Assembly (NCBI GenBank): GCA_011109175.1
Contig: RDEW01000069.1
Coordinates: forward strand, 102,184 to 166,183
Direction: 5' to 3'
Length of the DNA: 64,000 bases
From: Dicyema japonicum
Lineage: Eukaryota; Animalia; Dicyemida
The position numbers and the translations under genes were made by a program. A model generated the notes under the pieces. That model was not told the origin of the DNA. It saw only the letters and a list, made by a program, of their open reading frames with translations, and did not search any database. Shown here piece after piece: positions 36,637 to 47,666 of this stretch. The stretch's first letter is position 1. The number at the start of each line of letters is the position of its first letter.

Positions 36637-36999
36637 TTAAGTGGATGCTGGTTTTGCGGGCTCAGCACTTTTGCGACAGATGTATCTTCCGCAAGAGATT
36701 ATTGCATTTTGGGTAAGTTCTTTTAATTCGTCATCGGCATTGATTGCGACAGACAGGTGACAAGGTTTGATCCTTCGCTTTGCAGCCTTGAGTGCAGTAT
36801 TACCACAAAGTTCCAGCACTTCAGCACATAGATACTCCATTACAGCTCCAACGTAGATGGCAGCACCAACTGCAACTCGCATTCTGGTCTCACTTCTCAA
36901 GCATCTATGAATTCGACCAACTGGAAATTGCAAGCCTGCTCTAACTGATTTGCTTTTCGCTTTTGTACGTACTTTTCCACCTTTGCCGCGAGTAGACAT
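36637..36999 (-). CDS. H2A: Histone H2A
   Basis: Identical protein. Confidence 0.97.
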   Translation of the reverse strand: MSTRGKGGKVRTKAKSKSVRAGLQFPVGRIHRCLRSETRMRVAVGAAIYVGAVMEYLCAEVLELCGNTALKAAKRRIKPCHLSVAINADDELKELTQNAIISCGRYICRKSAEPAKPAST

Positions 37000-37161
37000 T
37001 TTATTGAAAATTTTGAATTTTTTCGTACTTATGTTTTTAAATTGTGCTTCCGGAAAAAACTTTTAAATTAGCATAAGAAAATCAATACTTTCTAAAGTTT
37101 ATTCTGGAAGCACAATTTGAAAACATAAGTACGAAAAAATTCAAAATTTTTGATTTAGACT

Positions 37162-37529
37162 ATGGTTCAAAAAGTTAGCACAAAAGGATCTAAAAGGCTG
37201 CAGTTAAAGTTAGTAGCACAACACGTGCCTTACGAAAAAAGAAAAAGCGATCCCAAAACTATCATTTGTACATTCTGAGGATTTTGAAATCTGTCCACAC
37301 TGATTTGGGGATGTCAAAGAAAGCTATGATGGCTATGGACAGCTTTACTTTTGACATTTACGAAAAAATCAAGAACGAAGCTTGCAATCTAGTTCAGCAT
37401 AATAGCAAAGCTACTATCACATCAAGAGAAATTCAAACAGCAGTACGCTTGATTTTGCCTGGAGAATTGGCAAAGCATGCTATTACCGAAGGGGCAAAGG
37501 CGGTCACCAAGTATACCAATACTAAGTGA
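37162..37529 (+). CDS. H2B: Histone H2B (1-bp indel near codon 12)
   Basis: Matches intact copies. Confidence 0.92.
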
Positions 37530-37822
37530 TTTTTACTTGATATAATAAAGAAAACTTGTTTTCTAACCATTTTTTTCCTTACATAAAAATAGCCCACGTG
37601 TCATAATCTTAACAAAAGAATGTTTTTTATTAATTTTAACGCAATAAGAACGTTTTTTATTATTTTAACGCTATTTAAAAAGTCCGTTTTAGTGTGTTTT
37701 CCAATTTTCACTTTAATATCGATTTGTGCTTCCGTGAAAAACTTTTAATATTATCGATTTGTGCTTCGGCGAAAAATTTTTGCGTCGTCAATTTATAAAC
37801 GCCAAATTTGGAGCGCAAAGCA

Positions 37823-38131
37823 ATGTCTGGACGTGGTAAAGGTGGAAAAGGAGGAAAGTCAGGTGCAAAGCGATTCAAAAAGATCCTGATCGATAACATT
37901 CAGGGGATCACAAAGCCTGCAATTAGGAGACTGTGTCGTAGAGGAGGTGTGAGAAGGATCTCAGGCAAAATTTATGAGGAGACAAGATGTGTCCTCAGGA
38001 TCTTTATTGAGAGAACTATAAGAGATTGCATTTCCTATTGTGAACACGCTAAAAGAAAAACTGTGATTGCTATGGATGTGGTCTATGCCTTGAAGAGACA
38101 AGGGAGAACAATATATGGATTTGGTGGATGA
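37823..38131 (+). CDS. H4: Histone H4
   Basis: Intact ORF. Confidence 0.98.
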   Translation: MSGRGKGGKGGKSGAKRFKKILIDNIQGITKPAIRRLCRRGGVRRISGKIYEETRCVLRIFIERTIRDCISYCEHAKRKTVIAMDVVYALKRQGRTIYGFGG

Positions 38132-38460
38132 CTTTTTTTAATAAAAAAATAAATTTTTATCTATATTAAATTCTGAGATATAAATTAAGTCGTTTTAGGG
38201 TTACAAGAAGCTTTCTATAAATAGTGTTTTTTATGAATTCTAAATACACAGTGATAATTTTAAAATTTTGTAAAATAGCTTTTTTCTACTTTAATGTGGT
38301 AAAATTTTGCTTAAAATAATGCTTTGATAATTTTAAAAAAAATTGTGTTTTGATAATTTTCCAAATTGTGCTTCCGGAAAAAAATTACTTGCTCTCTCGT
38401 ATTGTTGCAAAATTGCGTGTGCTTCCGCGAAAAATTTAAGCGTACGTTAGTATTAATACA

Positions 38461-38541
38461 AAATTTTTGATTTAGACTATGGTTCAAAAAGTTAGCACTA
38501 AAGGATCTAAACGGGCTGCAGTTAAAGTTAGTAGCACAACA
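38461..38541 (+). other. Ectopic H2B 5' UTR plus first 21 codons placed just after the H3 TATA-like box
   Basis: ...TATTAATACA|AAATTTTTGATTTAGACTATGGTTCAAAAAG matches H2B at 37143-37220. Confidence 0.92.
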
Positions 38542-40302
38542 AGTTCCGTAAGAAGTTTGGACGATTACCAGGACATCTCACGTGTGGTCTGTGATACAGC
38601 GGCCCACGTGGTAAATGGACTCTTCGAAAATAAGCCCTCTATTGGATTATATTTTAGAGGAGTCCGAGGAGTCGAGAAGCTCAGAAGGGTCGTTCGCGAC
38701 TCGATCCTTCTGTCGTTCAGAGTCAATATGGGGATCGATGGCAGGGCTGCTTTCCACGCTGCAGCGGACATCCCCACACAGCAAGCGGTTGATCAAGCTG
38801 TGCCTGCACCGAGGAGGATGGAGGTTGAGAGCAAGACTCAGCCTCCTATAATGGATCAAGGGACATGGAAAAAGACCAGGCCTACTTCATACACATCAGA
38901 GGACATCCCCACACAGCAAGCGGTTGAACAAGCTGTGCCTGCACCGAGGAGGATGGAGGTTGAGAGCAAGACTCAGCCTCTTGAAATGAATCAAGGACCG
39001 AGAACCGAGGGCAGGGCTGAATCCGTCACACAGCCAGCGGTCCAACAGGCTGTGCCTGCCCTCGACGAAGTGCGACAAGAGGACCATCTCCCAATGACTG
39101 TAGGCTGGACTACAGTAGGGAGAAAGAGGAAGTCTGCGGTTTCTGCCAAACCGCAGAACGTGCGTGATTCGGGTCCAGAAACCGCAAAGTGCCCTAAAAA
39201 GCATTTTGCAGGCTCGAATCAATCCAGAGCGCACGTGCCGAAAGAAAAGAAGAAAGAACAGGTATTCGGAGGACTAACTACACTAGTTCGGCTAGAGGTG
39301 CCGAAGATGGGAGTGGTTAAACTCCTAAGTGGCATAGGTACACTGGCTACCTATGCGAAAGGAAGGATCGTCAGACGAGGAGAATCCCACTTGTTGGTGG
39401 GATTCAGAAATGACGTGGACGCCTCAGCTTTTGAAGCTGAGGTGAATAAGAAGGTTCCTTTTGGGCCCGGGGCACATAACATGTCTCGGGTCATCCCCAA
39501 GGTACACGACTCGATTGTACTAGTCTTCGGAGTCCCTCTGGACTTTGTTGATGAGGATGTACTCGAGTACATCAAAAAGGACTACCCACGGCGCACAAGA
39601 TCGAGCGCTTCAAGAGTGGGAGTCAGAGACTAAGGACTCTCAAGGTCTGGATCAGGTCCGGAGCAGAAGCTGAAAGGATCTGCCTTGAGAAGTTAAAGAT
39701 AGGTTACTTTAGATTTGGTGTGGCCCGAGAGCGACCGGTAGCAATCCAGTGCTACAGATGCCAGGGATTCGGCCACACCAGCTCCCGCTGCACTTATAAA
39801 GAGAAGTGCCTAAATTGCGGGGGTCCACATTCGCGGAAGACTTGCCAAACAAGTGGCAAGTCTCTCAAGTGCGTGAACTGTGGCGCGGAGGGACACAGGG
39901 CGAGCCATACCAAGTGCCCCCTGTATCAGGAGGCGACGGAGAAGGTACCACAGGGGAGAAGGCAGGCGCCCTCCTCTGGAGTGGTCAGTGATGTAGGCAC
40001 TATCCATCGGATGGTGAGTAACTATTGCAATGCCACTGGGGCTTCGCTCCAAACGGCACTTAGGGATATAGCGTTATCTCATAGGTTAAATAATGCGTCG
40101 AAGGGATGCTCAACATCGTCTTCGGAACAGGAGGACTTTAGAATATGACGAAGACTTTTATAAAACGAAGGAGGCACGGGGAAGACGAATGTGATGGCAC
40201 GAAAACGCTGCCGCAAGGCGGTGAAAGGGCCTTTAGTTAGTTCTTCCCTGATTACTTAACATTTGTTTTTTTGCCTAATAAAGATTTTTCCGTTCCGTTC
40301 CG
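38542..40302 (+). mobile_element. LINE family A, ORF1-only short form, H2B-headed
   Basis: ORF 38479-39633 fused in frame; tail TTCCGTTCCGTTCCG. Confidence 0.92.
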
Positions 40303-40309
40303 TTAGACT

Positions 40310-41938
40310 ATGGTTCAAAAAGTTAGCACAAAAGGATCTAAACGGGCTGCAGTTAAAGTTAGTAGCACAAAAAGTTCCGTAAGAAGTTTGGACGATTACC
40401 AGGACATCTCACGTGTGGTCTGTGATACAGCGGCCCACGTGGTAAATGGACTCTTCGAAAATAAGCCCTCTATTGGATTATATTTTAGAGGAGTCCGAGG
40501 AGTCGAGAAGCTCAGAAGGGTCGTTCGCGACTCGATCCTTCTGTCCTTCCGAATAAACATGGGGATCGATGGCAGGGCTGCTTTCCACGCTGCAGCGGAC
40601 ATCCCCACACAGCAAGCGGTTGATCAAGCTGTGCCTGCACCGAGGAGGATGGAGGTTGAGAGCAAGACTCAGCCTCCTATAATGGATCAAGGGAAATGGA
40701 AAAAGACCAGGCCTACTTCATACACATCAGAGGACATCCCCGCACAGCTAGCGGTTGAACAAGCTGTGCCTGGGACGAGGAGGATGGAGGTTGAGAGCAA
40801 GACTCAGCCTCTTGAAATGAATCAAGGACCGAGAACAGAGGGCAGGGTTGAATCCGTCACACAGCCAGCGGTCCAACAGGCTGTGCCTGCCCTCGACGAA
40901 GGAAAACAAGAGGACCGTCTCCCGATGACTGTAGGCTGGACTACAGTAGGGAGAAAGAGGAAGTCTGCGGTTTCTGCCAAACCGCAGAACGTGCGTGATT
41001 CGGGTCCAGAAACCGCAAAGTGCCCTAAAAAGCATTTTGCAGGCTCGAATCAATCCAGAGCGCACGTGCCGAAAGAAAAGAAGAAAGAACAGGTATTCGG
41101 AGGGCTAACTACACTAGTTCGGCTAGAGGTGCCGAAGATGGGAGTGGTTAAACTCCTAAGTGGCATAAGTAGTCTGGCTACCTATGCGAAAGGAAGGGTC
41201 GTCAGACGAGGAGAATCCCACTTGTTGGTGGGATTCAGAAATGACGTGGACGCCTCAGCTTTTGAAGCTGAGGTGAATAAGAAGGTTCCTTTGGGCCCGG
41301 GGCACATAACATGTCTCGGGGTCATCCCCAAGGTACACGACTCGATTGTACTAGTCTTCGGAGTCCCTCTGGACTTTGTTGATGAGGATGTACTCGAGTA
41401 CATCAAAAAGGACTACCCCACGGCGCACAAGATCGAGCGCTTCAAGAGTGGGAGTCAGAGACTAAGGACTCTCAAGGTCTGGATCAGGTCCGGAGCAGAA
41501 GCTGAGAGGATCTGCCTTGAGAAGTTAAAGATAGGTTACTTTAGATTTGGTGTGGCCCGAGAGCGACCGGTAGCAATCCAGTGCTACAGATGCCAGGGAT
41601 TCGGCCACACCAGCTCCCGCTGCACTTATAAAGAGAAGTGCCTAAATTGCGGGGGTCCACATTCACGGAAGGCCTGTCAATCCAGAGTCAGGTCTCTCAA
41701 GTGCGTGAACTGTGGCTTGGAGGGACACAGGGCGAGCCATACCAAGTGCCCCCTGTATCAGGAGGCGACGGAGAAGGTACCACAGGGGAGAAGGCAGGCG
41801 CCCTCCTCTGGAGTGGTCAGTGATGTAAGCGCTGTCCACCGCGTGGTAAGTCGATACTGTAGCAGCACAGGTTCAACGTTCCCTAATGCGCTTAGGGACA
41901 TTGCGCTCTGCGATAGGAAGGTAAGTGCGGCGAAGTGA
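40310..41938 (+). CDS. H2B-head::ORF1 fusion protein (542 aa, gag-like, three CCHC zinc knuckles)
   Basis: [32 protein letters not shown]...CYRCQGFGHTSSRC, CLNCGGPHSRKAC, CVNCGLEGHRASHTKC. Confidence 0.93.
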   Translation: MVQKVSTKGSKRAAVKVSSTKSSVRSLDDYQDISRVVCDTAAHVVNGLFENKPSIGLYFRGVRGVEKLRRVVRDSILLSFRINMGIDGRAAFHAAADIPTQQAVDQAVPAPRRMEVESKTQPPIMDQGKWKKTRPTSYTSEDIPAQLAVEQAVPGTRRMEVESKTQPLEMNQGPRTEGRVESVTQPAVQQAVPALDEGKQEDRLPMTVGWTTVGRKRKSAVSAKPQNVRDSGPETAKCPKKHFAGSNQSRAHVPKEKKKEQVFGGLTTLVRLEVPKMGVVKLLSGISSLATYAKGRVVRRGESHLLVGFRNDVDASAFEAEVNKKVPLGPGHITCLGVIPKVHDSIVLVFGVPLDFVDEDVLEYIKKDYPTAHKIERFKSGSQRLRTLKVWIRSGAEAERICLEKLKIGYFRFGVARERPVAIQCYRCQGFGHTSSRCTYKEKCLNCGGPHSRKACQSRVRSLKCVNCGLEGHRASHTKCPLYQEATEKVPQGRRQAPSSGVVSDVSAVHRVVSRYCSSTGSTFPNALRDIALCDRKVSAAK

Positions 41939-44519
41939 TGTTACGCATCATTTCAGTTAATGTTAGGTCCCTCCGGAGAAGAAGGAAGGCCATCGAGGAT
42001 CTTCTGGACTCTTTGGAGGTGGACATCTTGGTCCTTAACGAGACCAAGAGTAAGGATACGGCTGCTGCAGGCTTTAAAGGCTATACTAGTTGTCATCTCT
42101 TGTGGAATGACACACATAGAGGTTCGGGCACTAGTATCTATTGGAGGACGAGTCTAGCAGCAGTCGTCCAAGGTATTGCAAATTGTCCTCATTGCGAGCT
42201 AATATTATTACGAATCAGGTTATCTGGCTTTAGCGTTGTTATAGGGGCAATGTATGCCAAGCAGTTGTGGTTGTGTAAGGACCACATTAAAACTGTATTT
42301 GACATTCATCCCCATTGCGTTATTTTTGGTGATCTGAATGCTAAGCATTCAGATTTTGGCTGTTTTGTTAATAATAGGGCTGGATCAGCACTCCGGGAAT
42401 TAGCTTGGAATCTTGGGCTCTCAGTCACTACATCGACGGACCCCAATCACAAAGATACACGAGGAGGAGAGGACTTCTTGGGTATGGCCGTAGCCTCCCC
42501 TTCATTAATTGGTATGCTCTCTGTACCTCGTGTTCTTAGGGACATCGGAAGCGATCACCGTCCCCTACTCACTGAGCTTCACGAACCTGTTCGACCTCAG
42601 GCCCCAATTGGCTATGACTTGGGCTCTGGCACTTGGGATAACCTGGAGTCGTTCATGGATAGAAAACTCCCTTCTCTCAAAGGGCAAGTTTGTAGTGAAG
42701 CGGACGTGGAGGAATTGGATGCCACCCTGGGTGGTATCCTCGAGGAATACATGCGGACTAACTTCCGGTTACGTCCGCAAGGTGGAGGCTCCGCACGAAT
42801 TCCAGGCCTGATTTTAAGTAAGATAACACTTAGAAAGAGGTACCTGCGGTTCAAAGCGAGGAGCACGTATGAAGAGAACCGGATCTTCTACCAGAAGAAG
42901 GTAAACACCTTACGAAGGGAAATCCGGAAGGCGCTTGTTGACTATCAGAGCAACAAATGGAGGAGGGCCTGCGAGAGGGTGAACCCCGCATGGCCGGACT
43001 TCTGGAGTCAGCTGAAGCGCCTGTCGGGCAGAGGGGAAGAGTCATCTGCGCGTACCCTGTGTCGTGCGGACGGTTCTAAAACCTCTGACCCGACTGAAAT
43101 AGCGAGCATCTTTGCAGGTAGCTTTAGGGCAGTTACTGCAGTTCGACCAGAGAACTTTGTCGAGTTAACAGCTCGACAAAGTATAGAGGACGTCATCTCT
43201 GCGGAGAGACGGAAGTTGAGCCACTCTCGGGAGATCCCGAAGGTGGCATGCATCACCGAGGAGGAGGTCCGGGCCGCGATAAGTAAATCGAAGAACAACG
43301 CACCGGGCCAAGACAAGATCCCCATGGCCCTTTTCAAGAAAGGACCTGGAAGTCTCGTGAACACCTTGGTAAGATTGTACAACGGTAGTACAGGTTGGGT
43401 TACGTTCCTAGGCGTTGGAAGGAAGCGGAACTGGTTTTTGTAAGGAAACCAGGAAAACCTCCTGAAGACCCTAGTAGCTACCGCCCTATAAGCTTGTTAC
43501 CTGCCGTTGCTAAAATCTTAGAGAGAGTGATACACCAGAGGTTAACCCAGGAATGCATAATAAAAGACACCCTCTCGGACCTTCAGATGGGATTCCGTGA
43601 GGGGCGTTCCTGTGGGGACTGCCTCTGGAGGTTGAGCTCTCAGATTCGTGAAAGGAGCAAGAAGCAATGCACAGCCGCGTTGTTCCTGGATGTGGAGAGG
43701 GCGTTCGACTCGGTCTGGCATGACGGCCTCCGTTGCGCCCTCGCAGAAGGAGGAATATCTCTGGAGCTAAGGAGCTGGTTATCAAGCTTCTTAGAGGATC
43801 GGATGAACTATGTAAGGCATAAAGGTTGCCGATCTAGTTTGTTTAGATCTAACCGGGGAGTTCCACAAGGGTCGGTTTTGAGCCCCACCCTTTTCAACGT
43901 TTACATGTCTACACTTCCCCACCCAGCCAATGTGAGGACGGAGATGGCTATCTATGCGGACGACATAGTACTCTGGGATCACTCGTGGAAACCAGATGTA
44001 GCGTGTCGGAGGATTCAAGTAGCTGTCAATGAAATCATACGCTGGTGTGGGAGCAGAGGACTTAGGCTGAGACCTGAGAAATGTAAGTTATTAGTTTTTG
44101 GCCGCCCTAAGCGGTCTAATAATTTAATACCTAGAGTAACCATCTATGGGGTACCTATAGAGGTTACTGGGCGGACGAGCTACCTTGGAGTGACATTCAA
44201 CTCCAAGTGTAGTTTCCAGGAGCACACCGCCCTCGTTAAGAGGCGGGCTGTGCAAAGATTAGGAGCGTTGAGGGCTTTTCAGCTGAGTCGCGATGCCTGG
44301 GCCAAAGTGTTCAACGCCATGGTGCTGCCTATGCTCACCTATGGTGCGCACTCCTGGTATTGTAGTGAGGAACGCGAAAAGTGCCTCACCAACTTGAGGA
44401 AGGTTCGGCGGCGGGCAATACGGTATTCTATAGGATTGTCTTATAGAGCGCCGCTGCCCGAAAGAGGATATCCGATTTCAGGACCCGAGGAAGTGATTAA
44501 AAAGATCTTAAAAAATTAA
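41938..44519 (+). CDS. ORF2: AP endonuclease + reverse transcriptase (Jockey/I-group-like; no RNase H seen); 1-bp indels near 43390 and 44475
   Basis: ISVNVRSL, LVLNETK, GDLNAKH, IGSDHRP; YRPISLL, QMGFREGRSC, DVERAFDSVWH, GVPQGSVLSPTLFN, YADD, YLGVTF. Starts by a TGATG overlap with the ORF1 stop. Confidence 0.95.
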
Positions 44520-44557
44520 AGAAGGAGGCACGGGGAAGACGAATGGATGCACGAAAA

Positions 44558-44575
44558 CGCTGCCGCAAGGCGGTG
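44558..44575 (+). other. 3' UTR hairpin of family A (CGCTGCC-GCAA-GGCGGTG, GNRA loop)
   Basis: 7-bp stem with two G-U pairs; conserved in nearly all family-A 3' ends. Confidence 0.6.
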
Positions 44576-44675
44576 AAAGGGCCTTAGTTAGTTCTTCCCT
44601 ATTACTTAACATTTGTTTTTTGCCTAATAAAGATTTTTCCTTCCTTTCAATCGATAATTTTCATTTTCATTAATA

Positions 44676-45086
44676 ATGGCACGAACAAAACAAACTGCTA
44701 GAAAATCAACTGGAGCAAAAGTTCCAAGGAAACAGCTTTCTGCTAAATCTGCACGCAAGTCAGTTTCTCAATTGGGTGGTGTAAAGAAACCACATCGCTT
44801 TCGTCCTGGTGTCGTGGCAATGAGGGAGATCAGAAGATATCAAAAGAGTACTGACCTTCTATTGCGAAAGACACCGTTCCAAAGGGTTGTTAGAGAAGCA
44901 GCACAATTTATGAAGACAGATTTACGTTTCCAATCATCGGCCATTGTTGCTCTTCAGGAGGCTGCAGAGACTTATTTGGTCGGGATTTTTGAGGATAGTA
45001 ATTTGTGTGCAATACATGGAAAACGAGTAACAATAATGCCACAGGATATGCACCTAGCAAGGAGAATTCGTGGTGAAAAAACATAA
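44676..45086 (+). CDS. H3: Histone H3 (intact, downstream of element)
   Basis: 136-aa ORF. Confidence 0.97.
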   Translation: MARTKQTARKSTGAKVPRKQLSAKSARKSVSQLGGVKKPHRFRPGVVAMREIRRYQKSTDLLLRKTPFQRVVREAAQFMKTDLRFQSSAIVALQEAAETYLVGIFEDSNLCAIHGKRVTIMPQDMHLARRIRGEKT

Positions 45087-46358
45087 CTTTTCGATAAATC
45101 AAATAAATATAATTTGTCTCTTTTTTTTAAATTAACCTAATCCCGACAAAATTTAGGAAAAATAAAAATCCAATCCTTATAGCCTAATTGATAATGTTTT
45201 TCGAGACGCAATGTCGTTTTAAATTGTTAATTCACGGGAATTTCTAATCATACGCAGTTTCTATCAACTAGCTAAAAATAGCCTATATAAACCCAACTTC
45301 AATGTAACAAACTAACCAAATAAATCTCAAGTACAAAAATAAGACAAATTTTTAATTTTGACACTGTTTAAAAAACAAAAAAACTATATCATTTTCTTTT
45401 AATGTAACAAACTAACCATATAAAATCTCCCTTTAATTACAAAAATAAGACAAATTTTTAATTTTGACACTGTTAAATAACAATTTGAATATTATATATA
45501 AAATTAAATTAATCGCTGTCGAAAAATTGGGGTCAAAAATCCAGGTTTTTGCGGCTGATTGATCTCAAACCAAGTTCATTCCACGCGTCTTGCTTTTAGG
45601 CGTTAAAATATGAAATCAGATTAAAAATTGGACGCACGTTTGCGGAGATTTGATAATTGATTATTTTTTAGTTTTTATAAATTAAATTTGTCTATTATTC
45701 TTGTTTATGTAAGCCTTGTTAACCTTTAACTAAATTAATTTATTTTTTTGATTACCTAAATGCTACATTCTAAGATAGTTCTAGATATTGACTTAGTCGG
45801 CTAGGCTTACAGTTGGTTAGTAATAATGTAACTTTTTTCAAAATAACTTTTGTAAGTGACTGATTATTGTATTTAAGAGACTGAATCGGTATATAGAGGG
45901 GAGCAACTTTCTACGACCTAATCAATTTGGATTCCGTCCGGGAAGATCATGTGGAGATTGTATCCACTCACTAAACTACGAAATTATAAATACATTGGAG
46001 AAGAAATTAATTTGTCTAATTAAATTTGTCTACTATTCTTGTTTATGTAAGTCTTGTTATCCTTTAACTAAATTAATTTTTTTTTGATTATCCAATTGCT
46101 ACATTCCAGATAGTTCTTGACTTGTCAGCTAGGGTTACAGTTGGTTAGTAATAATGTAACTTTTTGCAAGATAACTTTTGTAAGTAATTAAGTTTCAATT
46201 TTATTAATAGGGTTTTACTCCTTTGGAGTAATTTTCCGATAGATATCTTGACAAAATAAAGGCAGATGTCTTATTACTTAGGGATCAAATGATTTCTGGC
46301 TAGCAAGTACTATAGTTGATAAAAGTCAATTAAAGTAAAGGTTTATTTAATAAAATTG

Positions 46359-46721
46359 TTAAGTGGATGCTGGTTTTGCGGGCTCAGCACTTTTGCGACA
46401 GATGTATCTTCCGCAAGAGATTATTGCATTTTGGGTAAGTTCTTTTAATTCGTCATCGGCATTGATTGCGACAGACAGGTGACAAGGTTTGATCCTTCGC
46501 TTTGCAGCCTTGAGTGCAGTATTACCACAAAGTTCCAGCACTTCAGCACATAGATACTCCATTACAGCTCCAACGTAGATGGCAGCACCAACTGCAACTC
46601 GCATTCTGGTCTCACTTCTCAAGCATCTATGAATTCGACCAACTGGAAATTGCAAGCCTGCTCTAACTGATTTGCTTTTCGCTTTTGTACGTACTTTTCC
46701 ACCTTTGCCGCGAGTAGACAT
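46359..46721 (-). CDS. H2A: Histone H2A
   Basis: Identical protein. Confidence 0.97.
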   Translation of the reverse strand: MSTRGKGGKVRTKAKSKSVRAGLQFPVGRIHRCLRSETRMRVAVGAAIYVGAVMEYLCAEVLELCGNTALKAAKRRIKPCHLSVAINADDELKELTQNAIISCGRYICRKSAEPAKPAST

Positions 46722-46916
46722 TTTATTGAAAATTTTGAATTTTTTCGTACTTATGTTTTTAAATTGTGCTTCCGGAAAAAACTTTTAGAATTAGCATAAG
46801 AAAATCAATACTTTCTAAAGTTTATTCTGGAAGCACAATTTGAAAACATATAAGTACGAAAAAATTCAAAATTTTCGATTTCAGACTATTTTGATTTGAT
46901 TGAATTTTCGAAGACT

Positions 46917-47285
46917 ATGGTTCAAAAAGTGAGTACTAAAGGATCTAAAAGAGCTGCAGTTAAAGTTAGTAGCACAACACGTGCCTTACGAAAAAAGAAA
47001 AAGCGATCCCAAAACTATCATTTGTACATTCTGAGGATTTTGAAATCTGTCCACACTGATTTGGGGATGTCAAAGAAAGCTATGATGGCTATGGACAGCT
47101 TTACTTTTGACATTTACGAAAAAATCAAGAACGAAGCTTGCAATCTAGTTCAGCATAATAGCAAAGCTACTATCACATCAAGAGAAATTCAAACAGCTGT
47201 ACGTTTGATTTTGCCTGGAGAATTGGCAAAGCATGCAATTACCGAAGGGGCAAAGGCGGTCACCAAGTATACCAATACTAAGTGA
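46917..47285 (+). CDS. H2B: Histone H2B
   Basis: Intact from ATG 46917. Confidence 0.97.
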   Translation: MVQKVSTKGSKRAAVKVSSTTRALRKKKKRSQNYHLYILRILKSVHTDLGMSKKAMMAMDSFTFDIYEKIKNEACNLVQHNSKATITSREIQTAVRLILPGELAKHAITEGAKAVTKYTNTK

Positions 47286-47575
47286 TTTTTACTTGATATA
47301 ATAAAGAAAACTTGTTTTCTAACATTTTTCTTACATAAAAATAGCTCACGTGTCATAGTCTTAACAAAAGAATGTTTTTTTATTATTTTAGCGCAATAAG
47401 AACGTTTTTTATTATTTTTAACGCTATTTAAAAAGTCCGTTTTAGTGTGTTTTCCAATTTTCACTTTAATATCGATTTGTGCTTCCGTGAAAAACTTTTA
47501 ATATTATCGATTTGTGCTTCGGCGAAAAATTTTTGCGTCGTCAATTTATAAACGCCAAATTTGGAGCGCAAAGCA

Positions 47576-47666
47576 ATGTCAGGACGTGGTAAAGGTGGAA
47601 AAGGAGGAAAGTCAGGTGCAAAGCGATTCAAAAAGATCCTGATCGATAACATTCAGGGGATCACAA
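47576..47666 (+). CDS. H4 head (30 codons) fused in frame to family-A ORF1
   Basis: ...[24 protein letters not shown] in ORF 47561-47854. Confidence 0.92.

Larger units (their letters stand above)
40371..44648 (+). mobile_element. LINE family A, full-length autonomous copy (~4.3 kb) ending at an H3 5' UTR
   Basis: ORF1 + ORF2 + 3' UTR + AATAAA + TTCC tail, then AATCGATAATTTTCATT and the H3 ATG at 44676. Confidence 0.95.
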
